64,000 nt of DNA from positions 1,674,001 to 1,738,000 of the forward strand of contig LSRY02000013.1 of assembly GCA_001643675.2 (NCBI GenBank). The letters are read 5' to 3'. Shown here piece by piece: positions 13,036 through 26,532 of this stretch. The notes below the pieces were generated by a model that was given only the letters and a program-made list of their open reading frames with translations, was not told the origin of the DNA and searched no databases. The first letter of the stretch is position 1. Every line of letters starts with the position of its first letter. The stretch is from Monocercomonoides exilis PA203. Lineage: Eukaryota; Protista; Preaxostyla. Position numbers and translations under genes: made by a program.

Positions 13036-13151
13036 GTGAGGTACTTCGTAGAATTTGTTCATAACAAAAGCACAAAGCTTGAGCAACAGACCACAAAAAA
13101 ACTTTTTAATATTTTGAATTACTTAAGGAATAGAAACGTCAAAACAGAAAC

Positions 13152-16100
13152 TCAAGGTTTATCAAAGAAATGATTAATATCAAATAATCTTCTATCTTTC
13201 AATAATTTCTCGGTGTAATTTCCCACACTCTCTTCTGTTGAATTGATTGAACTCTTTCGAAATATTTTTTTAACTCTCTCGTCTCTCACTCTTTTCTCCC
13301 TGTAATTGACCATAAAGGATCCTTCACAGTTATCTGGTTAAGCAACTGATCGATATATTTGATTCCCTCTTTTCTCGTAGAACAGAAATGTCTTTATCGA
13401 ACTGATTTCCAATTTTTTCCACAAGATCTTATTAGTTGGTATATATCTATAAAGAATATGTAATAAGAGTTTTGAGATAAAGATTCATTATTAATAAGAA
13501 ATAACATAAACCGCAAGAAATTACAAACTTAAGAAAATGACGAATGATTTTGTGAGAATTATTTGACATTGATTTTTCCTGAATGACACTTTCATGAGTG
13601 TGTTCTTCAAAAAACTTGATGAGATCATCGATGTTTTGGATAACAGTTTCACTATCCAGATGAATGTTCATTGTGTTTGTGAGGCATCCAAATTCTCCGT
13701 CACATTCACATTTTCCGTGTTTTTCACAGAAAAATGATAATGTCGAAGACTTTCCATGAACCACTGCTGAATTATCAGACAGAAGAAAATGCATAACTTG
13801 TGAATTCCTAAAGTGTGGTCCTGTGTCACAAATTAAATGCAAGTTTTTCTTTTGTGATAGCATGGGTTTATAAAGCACCTGGTTCAAGCATTCAATAACG
13901 AAACGATAATCATGTGAGAGAATGCTTGAAAAGAAGTTGAAAATATGTTTCATCTTGTTTTTGTTTTTGTCCACTGTATAGACAATAATGCAGAGATGAG
14001 TCACCTCAAACTTGTCGTAGTAGTCCTTGCTGATCTGGTTTCTCATGAGAGGAAGGGACCAATTTTCTTTGAAATCGAAAAGCACTAGCGCATCATCTAT
14101 TGATAGATTTTCCTTCATAAGACGATAATAACGTTTCCGGTTCGTTGCAAGTTTTCTGTGAACCTCTATTCCCTTCAACGTTTCTTTGTCTTTTTCTGAA
14201 AGCTGTTCGGATTTCGTTCTCAAGAATTCTTCTCTCTTTTTCATGTGATTGTATTTTTCGCAAAGATTGCACAAGTCCGTCCTCCGAGTCGCTCGCTTCA
14301 AGTGGGAAGTTCTTTTGTAAAATGTGCTTCGAGACATTTTTATGTTTGTTGTTTCTTTCATTTTTTGATACAACTGTAATTAAGAAGTGTTAATGATTCG
14401 AATTGGATTTTTTTTTGTTGTTTTTTGATGTTTTGAAGTGTTGTTGTTTAGGGATTTGAATCTGTGAAGGATGTCGTCAGAAGACATTGATATTGAATTC
14501 ATCATTGTTGAGGAAGTATTTGTTGAAACAGTTGATTGTGGCGGAAAAGAGTGTGAATTGTCATTTTGTTCGTTTATCGAATACGAAGATGAATTCTTTG
14601 ATGAGTTGATTATCGTTTGAGTATTCTGATCTAAAAGGTTGGATGAGAAGGATGAAGTGTTTTCTGTTATAATTTGTTGATTGTTTGCACATGTTGTTCC
14701 AGGTTGGGGAGAGCTCGAAACTTCATAAATGATATGAGATATCGATTTGTCTTTCTGAATATCTTCCACATTTTTTCCTTTAATTTTATTCGAGGAAAAA
14801 ACATATGGTTGATGTGGATGAAGTGATGACAAGTTCAAATTGATATCTCTGTTATTTGAATGAAATGAATTTGATGTGTTGATAAAAGAATTTGATGAGG
14901 ATGGAAAGTCAAATTGATTGAATGAAGTGCTTGGAGAAGAAATGATGTGAATGTTGTTCAAGTTTTCTTCGCAACATAATTGATTGTGAATTGGAAAATG
15001 AAGTGAAGACGAATTACGAGATGCTGAATAAGACGAATTATTTGTTATCTGGCAATTTTCATTTTCTTTTTGCATTGAAGAGCAATTCTTGGCACATTGA
15101 TTTTGATTTGATTCAGAATCAGTGAAGTGAGAAAAAGAAGAAGAGTGACAAGAAGCATGTCCTAATGATATTATTTCTCCATGGTTTTCATTGATATTTG
15201 TGTTTGATAATGGTTCTTTTGCTGCATTATCAACATGTTGACATGTAACCGATGAAGTCCCTATATGATAAGGTTCATTGCATATGTTCAAAACTTGATG
15301 TGGATTCTTCTTTTGAAAAGATGGAATCAATGGTGGAGATAGAATTTCAGTAATGTGAGTATTTTCTTTTATTTTCACTTTAACGTATATTCACATCACC
15401 GGCTGAGTGTCTCTTTTCATATGACTTTTGATTTTATCTTCCACATTCTTGTTGATGATAGAAACCATTTCATCATTGCACAAGCACCAACTGTTGTTTT
15501 GAAATGTCGATGACTTTTCGTTGTTTCCTGAATGGCAGATGGAATAAAAATGTCATTTTTCTTTTTCTCTTTTATGCAATAACACTGCAATCAAATTGTT
15601 ATTAATAGCATTTTAGTCATAATTTGAGAATGCAACTGTTTTTCCATTGATATTTTGAAATGATAAAACTGGGTTAACATTCGTGGGACAAGTATTTGAA
15701 TAAGATAGTGTTTCAAATGAAATTGATAAAATATGAGGAAATTGACTGATTGATAAAGTTGTCAATTGATGAGTGTTTTTTGAACAGCACTCGCAGAATG
15801 CATCTCTGTTATAAATATTATCCTTTCTTATTTCAAACGATTCGTTGAAAGACTTCAATAAATCATTTCCGTTCAGACTCAGTATAGGAGTTGTTTCAAC
15901 AACACCTTCATTCCGATGAAAACATTTGATGCAAACCCGAGGAAAACAAATTTTCTGTTCCATTTGACTTCGAAATGAAGGATAAATTGATGATATATTG
16001 TCATAAAGACTCAGAAATTTTTCATAGAACTCGTGTTGAATACCAGTTCGAAGGTGATGAAAATTTTCCCATTTTTCAACGAAATTAGAAGTCCATTTGG

Positions 16101-17496
16101 ATGCATGATTAGATTGTTTATTCTTTGGTTTTATGTGCTGAGGATTCACTAAGAAAGATAAACTATTTTGAATAATTGATAAACGACCTTTCCTCATTTT
16201 GCATTTATCGGAATGGAAAAAAATTGAGCGAAATAGTTGAATCGAAGCAGCCAAGAAACAAGTGTTTCCTTTATTGGGTAAAGGAAAAAAATGAGGGAGA
16301 GCATTATCGCAGTTCTTTTTATTCATTGTTTGTTTTAAAGAAGAAGATTGATTCAATTCTCTTTCATAAATATATGAATCTTTTTGTGAACCTTCTGCAT
16401 TTTCTTCTGAATCGTCTTCGATGGCAACGGAGTGAGATCCATCGATGGACTCCGTTGGATTGGCTCGTTGATTAGTGAAAATCATAACGCTTTCATCTTC
16501 CTGGTTTTGATTGGAAAATCCCAATGTGGAGATTAACTCTGGTTCGCCTGTATCCATCGCAGAGTTATTAGAAGAAACTTCATGAGTTTCGGTTGTAATA
16601 TCCATGCCATTGTCATTTTGAAAATCGGTCGAAGAATTATTTGGGATACAGTCATCCAGAAAATAATTCTCAAGTGGGTCAACATCTATATCCATCCCTT
16701 CTTCACCATTTAAGATGGAGAAATTATCATCAATAATTGTTGTTGAATCTATTATTTTATTTGAGAAAAAAAAGACAAATATAATTTAAAAATAATATAA
16801 TATCAATATATATGAACAAAACAGAAATAGAATTAAACCTTTACGAACACATTTTGATATATAAATATTTTCACACGATTCTGTGGTATTTTCGTTGATG
16901 AAGTCAGAAAAAGCTTGTTCATCCTCAGGACATAATTCTTAAAATAAAAGAACCAGAAAATTATAAATCATAAGACAAAAATCAAAATAAAATTCAAAAA
17001 ATAAAAAAACAAACTGGACTTTGATGGAGGTTGAGGAGGCTTTCTTGGTGGAGTGATATCAAATGAAGTGCTTGAACTATTTTGCTTGGCATGATAGTAA
17101 CTGCCTTTTGTGCATTCAACACCAAAATCCTGCAATTGGGAAAGACTGTACTCTTGGCAGACACATTTCAGCAAAGTGACTTTTGAATGAACATTGGTTT
17201 CGCTGTTGAAAGCAGAAGCCAAGCAAAGAATCGTGTAAATAGCTTTTTCTATTAATTCAAAAAGGAAAAAAGAATACATAATTCTCACAAATAAAAAAAG
17301 ATAAAACGAATAACACACCATTGAATATTTCTTGAATCTTTGAACTTAGTTTTTTCCCAATGTTTGTGTGCGTAAACATGAATTGGAGCATACTGACTGT
17401 ATCATTTCCAGATTTTTCGTTCAATTCGTTCCATATGAAAGAGCATTTTTCACTCTTCCGAGAATATGATAAGTTGCTGAATTTCCTTCGCTCCAT
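13152..17496 (-). pseudogene. Sola-type DDD transposase gene with an in-frame inserted USP (peptidase C19)-like domain; multi-exon, decayed
   Basis: ATG at 17496; frame-preserving GT-AG introns at 17249-17318, 16938-17014, 16749-16838 and 13447-13528. USP Cys-box LPNKGNTCFLAASIQLF, CxxC pairs, FPHILSI, ICHSG, WCLCNDEMV. Transposase motifs LYQKMK..MSRSTFY, TDLCNLC, FDFKENW, CDTGPHFRN, FFCEKHGKCECDGEFG. In-frame stops at 15391-93, 14380-82 and 13338-40; junction near 15540-15640 unresolved. Confidence 0.8.
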
Positions 17497-17879
17497 TTTT
17501 TCAGAAAAAATCTGAAAAGTTATTGACAAAGAATATTTTGTGAATTATGGTTATTCCAATATTTCAAATATGGGACAAACGAGCATATTGCACTTATTTA
17601 TGAATTCAAATTTTATTACTCTATAAAATACCAAGAAACACGATATCACAAATAATTAAAAACTGTTTTATTCTATATTTTTTTCTCACAGTTCTTCTTT
17701 CTCTTCTTCTCCTCGAAAAATAGTTTCTTTCTTTTTATAAAGACAATTTTCTTCATCTTATCAGCTTATCTCAACATCAATGAATTTTTTACGCTTCTGT
17801 TTCAAAAAATTTCTTATTTCCATTTCTTAGTACAGATTCTATTGGAATAACTCAAATAACAAAAATCCATTTAAATGAT

Positions 17880-19620
17880 TTGATGAAGATGAATATAATA
17901 ATGACGAATAAGAAAAAATCTTCATGTAATTTCGTTTGCTGAGACAGTACAAACGAAAACAATGACGATGAGGATGACGAGGAAGATGAAGAAGATGAGG
18001 AAGATGAGGAAGACGAGGAAGTTCATATTGAAGAAGGCGAATAAATGATATGACAATGAATTCTTTCGGCAACTTAATCATATTTCATAAGATCTTGAAC
18101 ATCCCCCAAAACATCCAATTTCCTCAGCTCACTTTAAAAACTCTTCACAAAACCTCATTCCCAAATGTTGTGCTTGGTGCTTCCATCCAAATCACCACGC
18201 CCGGCCATCCACTGCTCATTCCTCTGCCTTTTCTTTACCATCGCCCTCCCTTTCCCCTCACAATTCCTGAATGACGGCTGCTCTCAGTTTCTTGTCTTTG
18301 CTATTCTCCTCCTCCATCCACCTCACAATATTCTCCGAAAACAACACCCCTCTCCTTTTATTCATCTTTCTCGCCCTCTTCCAGAAATTCCTTCCCCTCC
18401 TCTTTCCTTCTCATCCTCCACACAGCCTGTCCTCACCATTCCCCTTCCCATCGCTTCTCCGCTCCATCGCCTCTCTGGTGAACGGCTTCTCCCATCGCAG
18501 CAGTCTTCTCCTGAAAGTCCTCTCGCCCTTTCAAGACACATCAAACAAAGTGGCTGTGCTGCCAGCACACAGCCCGATGTTCCATCTCCCGGCAAGATCG
18601 AGGGCAATGACCAGCTGCGCGAGACCATCCTGACAAGAGATAACTCCGCGGAGGAGGCAAACATCCAGTCGGAGATGCTTGGCCAGCCACTCCTGCGGAA
18701 ACAGCTCTACAGCTACCCCATGCACAATCTGCCGCTGCTGCTGCTGCCATCGCCTTGCAAAGTAGAGCTGCTTATTCTCTTCAGACACCACCCGATGGAT
18801 GTGACTGTGGCGTCTGTGTGGAAGAGGAGAAGAGAAGAGAAGAGATGATGTGCAGCTTCACCCGGTTTGCTGAGTGCTCAATGCTGAACGAGGAAGGCAG
18901 ATGCTGCACAGCGGATGGCTGTCCTCATCGGAAAAGAGAAGACAGAAATGAACATCACTTCTTTCCCCTCTGCTTCCTCATCTGCTTCTTCCTCTTCTCT
19001 TCCTTCTCTTCCTTCTCTTCTCTCTCATTCATCTCGCTCTCTGCTCCAAGCAACACAAACTGCCATTTCCATCTCTGGCTCCACAAATGCCCTGCTTTGC
19101 CCACCTCTTTCATCTCCATTCCTCAAAAATGCCTCATTGCCCACAAGCTGCAGACAGAAGCAAAAAAAGAAGAAGATGATGACGAAGATGGTTGAACACC
19201 TGACAAAAAGGAAAGCGATGATGCGAATGCAATCGGTCTCTTGCCTTATCCCTCCCACATCTGTTCCACCTCCAACATCCTCACCATCCCATCCCTCTCT
19301 CCTCCTCTCTTCCCAAAAAGCTGCTATGAACGGCTGCTGTCACCAAATGAAACATGCTCCACATTCAGCCCCAAATCGACTGGCTGTGAACCAGCCCTGC
19401 AAATACTCCCAGAACTGGCACCCTCATTCAGACGAACATTCCGCTCAGTCAGCTCGCTGATAAAGAAGGAGAAGGAGAAGAGTGAATGAGAAGGAGAAAA
19501 ATGTGGTGGTGTTGGTGAAGGCGTTGGGTGAAGAAGAATCGGAAGATGAAGATGATGATGGAAAAAATGAGATAGAAGTGGATGAAGAAGACAAGACTGA
19601 ACATGGCGAAGAAGATGAAG
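17880..19620 (-). pseudogene. Decayed protein-coding sequence, family unknown
   Basis: GC-richer block with protein-like segments (MVSEENKQLYFARRWQQQQRQIVHGVAVELFPQEWL...) broken by stops and frameshifts. Confidence 0.35.
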
Positions 19621-22600
19621 AAAATGATGAACAAAAACTAAGGAAAAAATAATTTCGTATTTCTCGGTGTTGAAGACGGAAACAAAGAAGAAGAAGAAGA
19701 AGATTCGAAGAAAACGAAGAAAATGAAGAAGATAATGATTATGGAGAGTTCAACCGTCGGATATTTTATGTTGAATGATATCTTCAACATAACAATCTCA
19801 ATGACATAAGGCTGAAGACAAAGGTTAAATGACTCAAATCCATTTAGCCTTCTATCCACCCAAGCTACTTGAATGAAGCCAAACCAACAATTTTTCTCGT
19901 ATTTTCGCTTATCAAGCCAAGCAATCAAATGCCATTCTACCCCTCTCTTCGGTCCATAAAATCAGCGCCTTGCCCTTCTCTCCCCAAGAAATGCGCCTTG
20001 TTCTGTCCCAATCGTTTTCAATCTCCTGTTTCAGTTATTTGCCCCAATCTCTCCAACGAAATTATTTTGAAAATTTCCTCTTCATCTTCAAAAAGGTTCC
20101 CTATTCGGGCAAATCTATCAGATTTCCTTTTGGATCTGGACATCTTCCAACCCCGTTGATTTCTGCTCCATCAAAATTCATTTTTCATCGTATTTCTATC
20201 CATCGCGCATGTTGAGTCCATAATAAGTTGCATAAACATTTATGATAAAATACATTCAGGCTCTTATATATTTGTAAGGTAACATTTGGCTCGCTTCATT
20301 GCTGTTCTGCTCTTCATAGAATAAATTGTTCATTTTAAATATAAATTGACTGAATCACGACTTTGGAGAGGTTACGGATGATAACATCTTCACAATCAAC
20401 AGAACAATATAAAATACATACATTGAAAATTCTTCATTTCCATAGAAAATATTGTTGCTTCACGGCCATCCAGCAATCAATATGAATAATTTCATCTTCC
20501 ATCAAACAAATATCGTTTTTGTAATATCCTCCTTTTCACTGGAAATATTTCATTTAGCCCAGCCGGAATGTTTGCGTCTTTACTTCTCATTCTGTTGACA
20601 GATTCTGAGCATTTTGTATTGTTTGATCATTTTCCATAACGAATAAGAGCCACAAAAGAAAAGGGGCACAACTCGATGTATCGTGGCTGAACGGGCATAT
20701 GAAGACAATGCGATTGTAAAAGAATGGATTTATGGTGTGGGGCGATGGAGTTGAGTTTTTGGAGGAAACAGGGTTTTGGAGGGGAAAGGAGCGATAAAAG
20801 AATATTTTTTGTGGAAAAGAGGTGTTTTTGTGAGGTTTAAGAGGCAAAATGGATGTGCAAGAGATGGATAGGGATGAGGTTGGGAGGGGTTGTTTTTGAG
20901 ATTTTTGTGAGTTGGAAGGTGCAGAAGTCGTGTTTATTGTGGAGAAATGGAATTTGTTGTGGAGGAGGTGGGGTGAGATGGAAGATAAGAAGGGCGGAAG
21001 ATGAGCGGGGTTAATGGAATATATAATCTTTGGAGGAGAGGATTAGAGATGGAAAGGAAATGGAGAAGAAATGGAAAAGGGATATTTTTTTTCAAATGCA
21101 GGGAGAGAGAGGAGGCATATGAGGCGGAGCAAGGGGGAGAGTTTTTGTGAGCGAGCGTTTGATAAGAAAGAGAAGTGGAGTTGAAGAAAAAAAAATGAGA
21201 GAGATTTTTTTTCAAATTTTTATATAACTTATTCTGTGAACCGTTTTGTCGCGCCTCACATTTGCAGGGCAAGGGATGGAGGTGGAAGCTGAGGAAGACA
21301 GGAAGAAGGAACATCAGCACTGGCACTTTGCATTGGTGGTATGGAGACAGAGGAAGATGAGGGGCTGACTACGAGAGGGTGTCTTGCAATGGATACAGAA
21401 ACAAAAAAAGGAGATATTTTATTTTCAATTTGAAGAAGGATGATGGAGAATGAGGTGGGAGAGATTTTGTCATTACTTGTGGAAGAGATGGAGGATGTGT
21501 GGTGGTGGGGTGTTGTTGTTGTTGTTTTGGAGGAAACGGAGAGAAAAAGAAGAAGATTTGGGCAAGGGATGGGAAGGGGTTACTCAGATGGAATCTTTTT
21601 CAACCAGTTTTTTATTGAATGGAGTTTTCGGAGTTGTTTGAGCGGAAGGAGAACAGAGGATTGAGTTTTGTAAATAATTTAAAAAGAAGAAGAAAGAAAA
21701 AGTCAGCGAAAGGCGGTAATTGTGAAAGATATAGGTTTGCATTTTATATTAATATTTTTTATCAAATGTTTTTATTTTTTATTCATTTAGGCTTTTAACA
21801 AGAATGTTCAACGACAATGAATGAATAAGGTATATGGAAAGAGAGGATTAAAAATGCATAAAAGAAGTCTGGATGAAATAAATGAAGTGCTGCATGGAGG
21901 AGTGAGAAGGAGCATAAATTGAAGTGAGTGGAAGATGATGCCTTTGATGGTTTTGGAAGATGTGTCGGTTGATCATGTCAAAAGCATAAAGAGGGAAACT
22001 GAAGTTGATGATAAGGCGGAAGAAGAAATTTGACAAAAATTCTAGAAGAAGAAAAAGAAGCTGAAGTTGAAGCGGAAGATAGCGAAAAGAAAACCAGACG
22101 AAGAAGGAAAACAAGAGGAATAAGAAGAATGAATATTTTGGGATATTTGAAGAAGAGCCAAAAGAAGGAAATGAAATGGTAATATGAAATGAGGGAGGAC
22201 ATGAAGAAGAAGAAAGAGAAAAGGGATTTTGATGAAAAATTGAGATGATTGGCTTTAAAGAGCGAATGACTCAAAAATTTAAGAAAAATTCAAAAAAGGA
22301 GATGGAAATATATCTCGGAATATTAATCAGCATAAATGGCTTGAAGATAGAGGTCACACTCTGCGTCTGTTTCAGAAGGGTTTGTTTTTGCCGGAGATAA
22401 CGGAAGGGACGAGTAAGCGAGAAATGCAGCGATACTTTGACAAAAGTTGGCGAGATTGAAGGATTAAAAGTGTATGATATTTTTATTAATTATGTTATTT
22501 GACAATTTTTTGTATGATTTATTGATTTTTTCTTTTCACCTGCTTGGACAAAAATATTTTTGAGACTGTCTTCCAAAAGCATGGAAGAAAAGCAGAATAA

Positions 22601-22869
22601 CATCAGAAGATGGCGACTGAAGGAAATGAACGGATTCAACTTGGAAAAGAGCTTTATAGGATCATAGTTATAAAAAGGCATTGACAGCGAAGGTCTGTTA
22701 TATTTTTTTATGAGATTACTTTTATGAGCAGCAGAAAGGGACAAGAAAAGGGTTGTAAGATTTTTGGAGTTATAAGAAATTTTTTATTGAGAGGTAGAGG
22801 AAGAGGTGGAGGAAGAGGTGGAGGAAGAGGTGGAGGAAGTGAAGGAAGAGAAGAAAAAAGAGAAGAAGG

Positions 22870-23665
22870 AGGGAGTACGTTGGTGAGTGAGTCGGATTTC
22901 TCATCTTTTTGTGTGTCTTCAGCCCCGTTTCTGGCACCTCCCCTGACACGCCTTGTATCTCTCGCCCAACTAACCTTCTTCAACATCTCCACAAATCCAT
23001 CGAAAACAACACATCTGGGTGAAGGACTGAGCCAAACCTCGTTTCTGATGAGTGGGTGTGAATTTGTATCAGTGTGGGATGTGTATGATGGAGGGATTGT
23101 CCCCTCACTCAACAGCCCCTCATCTTCCCTGGATGCCTCAAACACCTCATTTACCAGGTGCTATCGCTCTCAGAATGTTGCAGTCAGCGGGAGTGAAGGG
23201 AACACATCGAAACCAGCGAGACAGCAGATAGCAGACAATTGGGCGAATTCGTTCACTTTGTGTGTGTGGAATGGGTCAAAAACCACTGGGACAAGTGGAT
23301 CTTATTCAGATGGAGTTTCGAGTGGAGGGGCGATTAATATGTATAATCTGGCATCAGGAACACTTTCAGTGAAGTTTTGTAAGTTCAACAACTGCTATGC
23401 ACATTATGGCGGTGGAGGTATTATGTGTGTTTCAATAAATTCCATCAAGATTGAGAACAACTCGTTCAATGAATGCTCTGCTCAAAATTGTTATGGAGGA
23501 GGGATGGATGCTTATAATATTAAATCATGTGTCAGGTTCAGTAAATGTGAATTCCAGAAATGCAAAGCGAATAGCGTCGGAGGAAATTTTTATTGTCAGC
23601 TTTTCATGTTTCTGGAGCATACTGAATTGGAACAATTAATTTGCTTTATGTTTGTGAAAAAATGA
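22870..23665 (+). pseudogene. Truncated beta-helix surface-protein paralogue
   Basis: SGCEFVSVWDVYDGGIVP..ASNTSFTRCYR (compare SGCYFDKVDDPVDGSVIP..RNNTFFECQR in 1888-5043), SGGAI, YGGGGI, YGGGM and F..C repeats; no signal peptide or TM, frameshifted end. Confidence 0.7.
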
Positions 23666-24614
23666 AGCTTTGCAATTAGACTGATTCTTTTTGTCATTTA
23701 TTGATTTTATGTAATTTTCTTCACTTTTTTTTAAAGTTTTGTCTTTTTTCTTCATTTCATCTGTACACTGGTAAATTGAAATAAATATTTTGTAATTGCT
23801 AAAGTTAATTATATGCTTAATGAGAAATCAAATTGATGTGTTATGTTTTACAAGTTCTTCTATCGAATTTATCAAAAACATGAAGATCTCTTCAAAGATT
23901 TAACAAATTAATGTTTTTTCAGTGAAAAACGAAGTGGAAATTTCAAAAATAATATCATTTTCAATGGAAACAATAAAGTCCAATGTTTGAAATGAAGAAA
24001 AAACAAAAATCGATGAAAAATAATATGATAGCAAAACAAAACATTGCGGTAACTTTTCACGTTTTATCCAAACTTTTCGAAATGATAATATGTAATTATT
24101 ATGATTTGACTTCATTTCTATTCCATTTTTTGTTTCATCATTCAATAAACAAAACATTTATTTTCCAATTAATTTTGCATCTTTTGAGCAATTCTACTAG
24201 ACCTAAATCTTATATACGTCGTTAATAACATTAATAATATCATCAAAAAAATAACCACAAAAATTATAAACCTCACAATTTCGCTTCCAAATTTAATAAA
24301 ACAATCAATCATTTATTTTCAAACGAAAGTTAATTCGATGCATAAAAAAAAGCAATATAATTCAATCATGCTCAAATTGCAATCTTCAATAAGAAAGTAT
24401 TGAGCTTGTTAACCTTCATAATTCCAAATAATTCAAATATTAGAAATAACTCCAAAATGAAATGTTATAATGGAATTTTCATAATTATCTCATATTAACT
24501 TTGTTTTCAAAAATTCAATCACAACCAATTTTCTGTTCATTTATAAATATGTATTTTTACATTTTTTATTTCATACCACAATTATCAAAAAAAATGATAT
24601 TTCTTCGAACTTAG

Positions 24615-24767
24615 TTATGAAGTGAAAAATAATGACCCATATGAATATATTATAAAAAATAATATCTTAATGCAAAATACAAATGTTTTTCAATCATTTT
24701 TATGTTATTTTTTCCACATCGAAAATTTTCATTCAAAAATTATGCTTTCAAAAAGAATCACCCATGT
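24615..24767. mobile_element. Two orphan right ends of the Sola-like MITE family
   Basis: GAAAAATAATGACCC|ATAT (ends 24638) and TTTCAAAAAGAATCACCC|ATGT (ends 24763); no matching left ends seen. Confidence 0.55.
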
Positions 24768-24829
24768 GAAAAATGTGAATAAGAAATAACATTAATTTTA
24801 TATTTTATTATATTTCTTGATATTTGATT

Positions 24830-25420
24830 TATGGTCCAATTGATCTTCACGAATCATGAAACGCGTTAATTTGCGTTATTTCAAGTTTGAAGAAAAAACG
24901 ATAAAGAACAGTCAAATGAATCCATTAAAGGTTTGAAATTTGGATTGTTTTGTTATAATAACTGTTTCCTTTTGTCAATTGTGACGCTATAATTATTATT
25001 TTTCAAAAGCAAGAAGATGATCGCTTCAAATTAATATTTTCATAGTATTTGAGAAATTTTTAAAAGTTTGCAATACATACTCAAATGAAAATTATTAATT
25101 TATTGTTTCTTTCATCTTTTGTTAATCACAGTAATTTTTTGTTGTTGATCTTGTTCAATTTCTATGCGATCAATGTTCTTTAGATTCTTCAAAATTATAT
25201 TCATTGCATATTTTCTTGATGAAGTTTTTTTTGAATATATGATCCTTTCATTTTCATAGTCTTTTTATTGATATCAAGAAGGATTGATTTTTTAATATTT
25301 TTGTTGCATATCAAGTTGTGAATTTTATTATTATGAGTACAAATGAAAATATACACATTTTTACTTGGACATTTTGCATTACTCGCATAATTATCTATTT
25401 CATGTTCTTGTTTCATTTCA
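24830..25420 (-). pseudogene. Possible highly decayed hAT transposase fragment
   Basis: DNYASN...ICTHNNKIHNL loosely resembles the hAT DNASN...CxxH.LNL motifs, and LTRF lies where TRW is expected; weak. Confidence 0.25.
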
Positions 25421-25985
25421 TTATCAAAATAGAAAAAGAATTTGATTAATCAATATTAAACTTGTATATTAATAAATCAGGAATTTTAGAGTCACAATAA
25501 TAAACAAAAAAGCAATTTAAAGATGAATTTTTGAAAAAGGAAATGAAAGAAAATTTCAAATGTTTTTGGGTTTCAATCAAAAGAAACTTATCTGAAATGT
25601 AAATATATATGATTGTTGACTTTGATTATATAATTATATGCAGGTTCTTTTTTCAAAAATTGAAAGATTTTCAAAATCCTTAATAGTTAATGTTGTCCGG
25701 TATTTTTTACACAACCTATATTCGCGCTCAACTGAAGAATGGCAATTTTTCCTTTTTTGGAAAAATGCTTTCTTTATTTTCTGTTTCTGTGATATTTGGC
25801 ATTTAAATTTTACAGCTCCAAAACAATGGTTTTTTGTGAGACTATTTTTTTGAAAAAAAAAATTTAAAAAAAAATTAAAAGAATAAAAATCAAAAACAAT
25901 ACAACAACATTAACATCAAATAAGAAATCTAACAGTATTGCTTTATTATTAATTTTCTAACTTTTTTTGAAAGGCTTATTTTGTA

Positions 25986-26344
25986 CAGATATCGCACAAA
26001 TTACCGGACAAGATCTATTTCTTTATAACAGCAAGAGGAATAATTCTGACAATTTTTCTCAAAATGTGTATCATCAACACAAACACATTTGATATATAAA
26101 ACTTTCAGAACTTTCTCATTTATGCTCAGAATAAATTTTATATAAAATTACAAAGAAATAGAATTTTTAGATTCATGTGATATGAAAAATGATTTTTTTC
26201 CTGAGAGCAAATGAGGAAGTTTTGAAAGTTTTATATATCAAATGTGTTTGTGTTGATGATACACATTTTGAGGAAAATTGTCAGAATTATTCCTTTTGCA
26301 GTTATTATGAAATCGATCTTGTCCAGTATTTTACGCAATATCTG
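25986..26344. mobile_element. Foldback MITE with about 144-bp TIRs and TA TSD (Tc1/mariner/pogo type)
   Basis: TA|CAGATATCGCACAAATTACCGGACAAGATC...GATCTTGTCCAGTATTTTACGCAATATCTG|TA; arms 25986-26129 and 26201-26344 share long perfect stretches. Confidence 0.9.
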
Positions 26345-26501
26345 TATTTTTCTTCATTTCACTCATTTTTCAATGACTTTCAGCAAAACTCATAAATATA
26401 AAATAAATACATTTTTGAAACGTTCACTCATCAACTCATTCAAAAATGTAAACATCTGCGTCACCTCAGAAAAGAAGGGACAAAGTCAGTCAGTGCCCGT
26501 C

Positions 26502-26532
<31 letters not shown>

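Noticed and set aside
13338-15393. In-frame stops as evidence of a TAR=Gln code (known in the oxymonad Streblomastix) or read-through
   Set aside because: The stops are mixed TAA and TGA, and Gln-rich ORFs of hundreds to thousands of codons contain no TAR. The intact genes end in TAG, TGA or TAA. Simple decay fits better, and the same applies to 39.1-40.2 kb.
17500-17720. Right TIR of the Sola/USP element
   Set aside because: No sequence complementary to the 12.9-13.1 kb end was found, and ATAT|GGGAC at 17568 points the wrong way. Element boundaries are left undefined.
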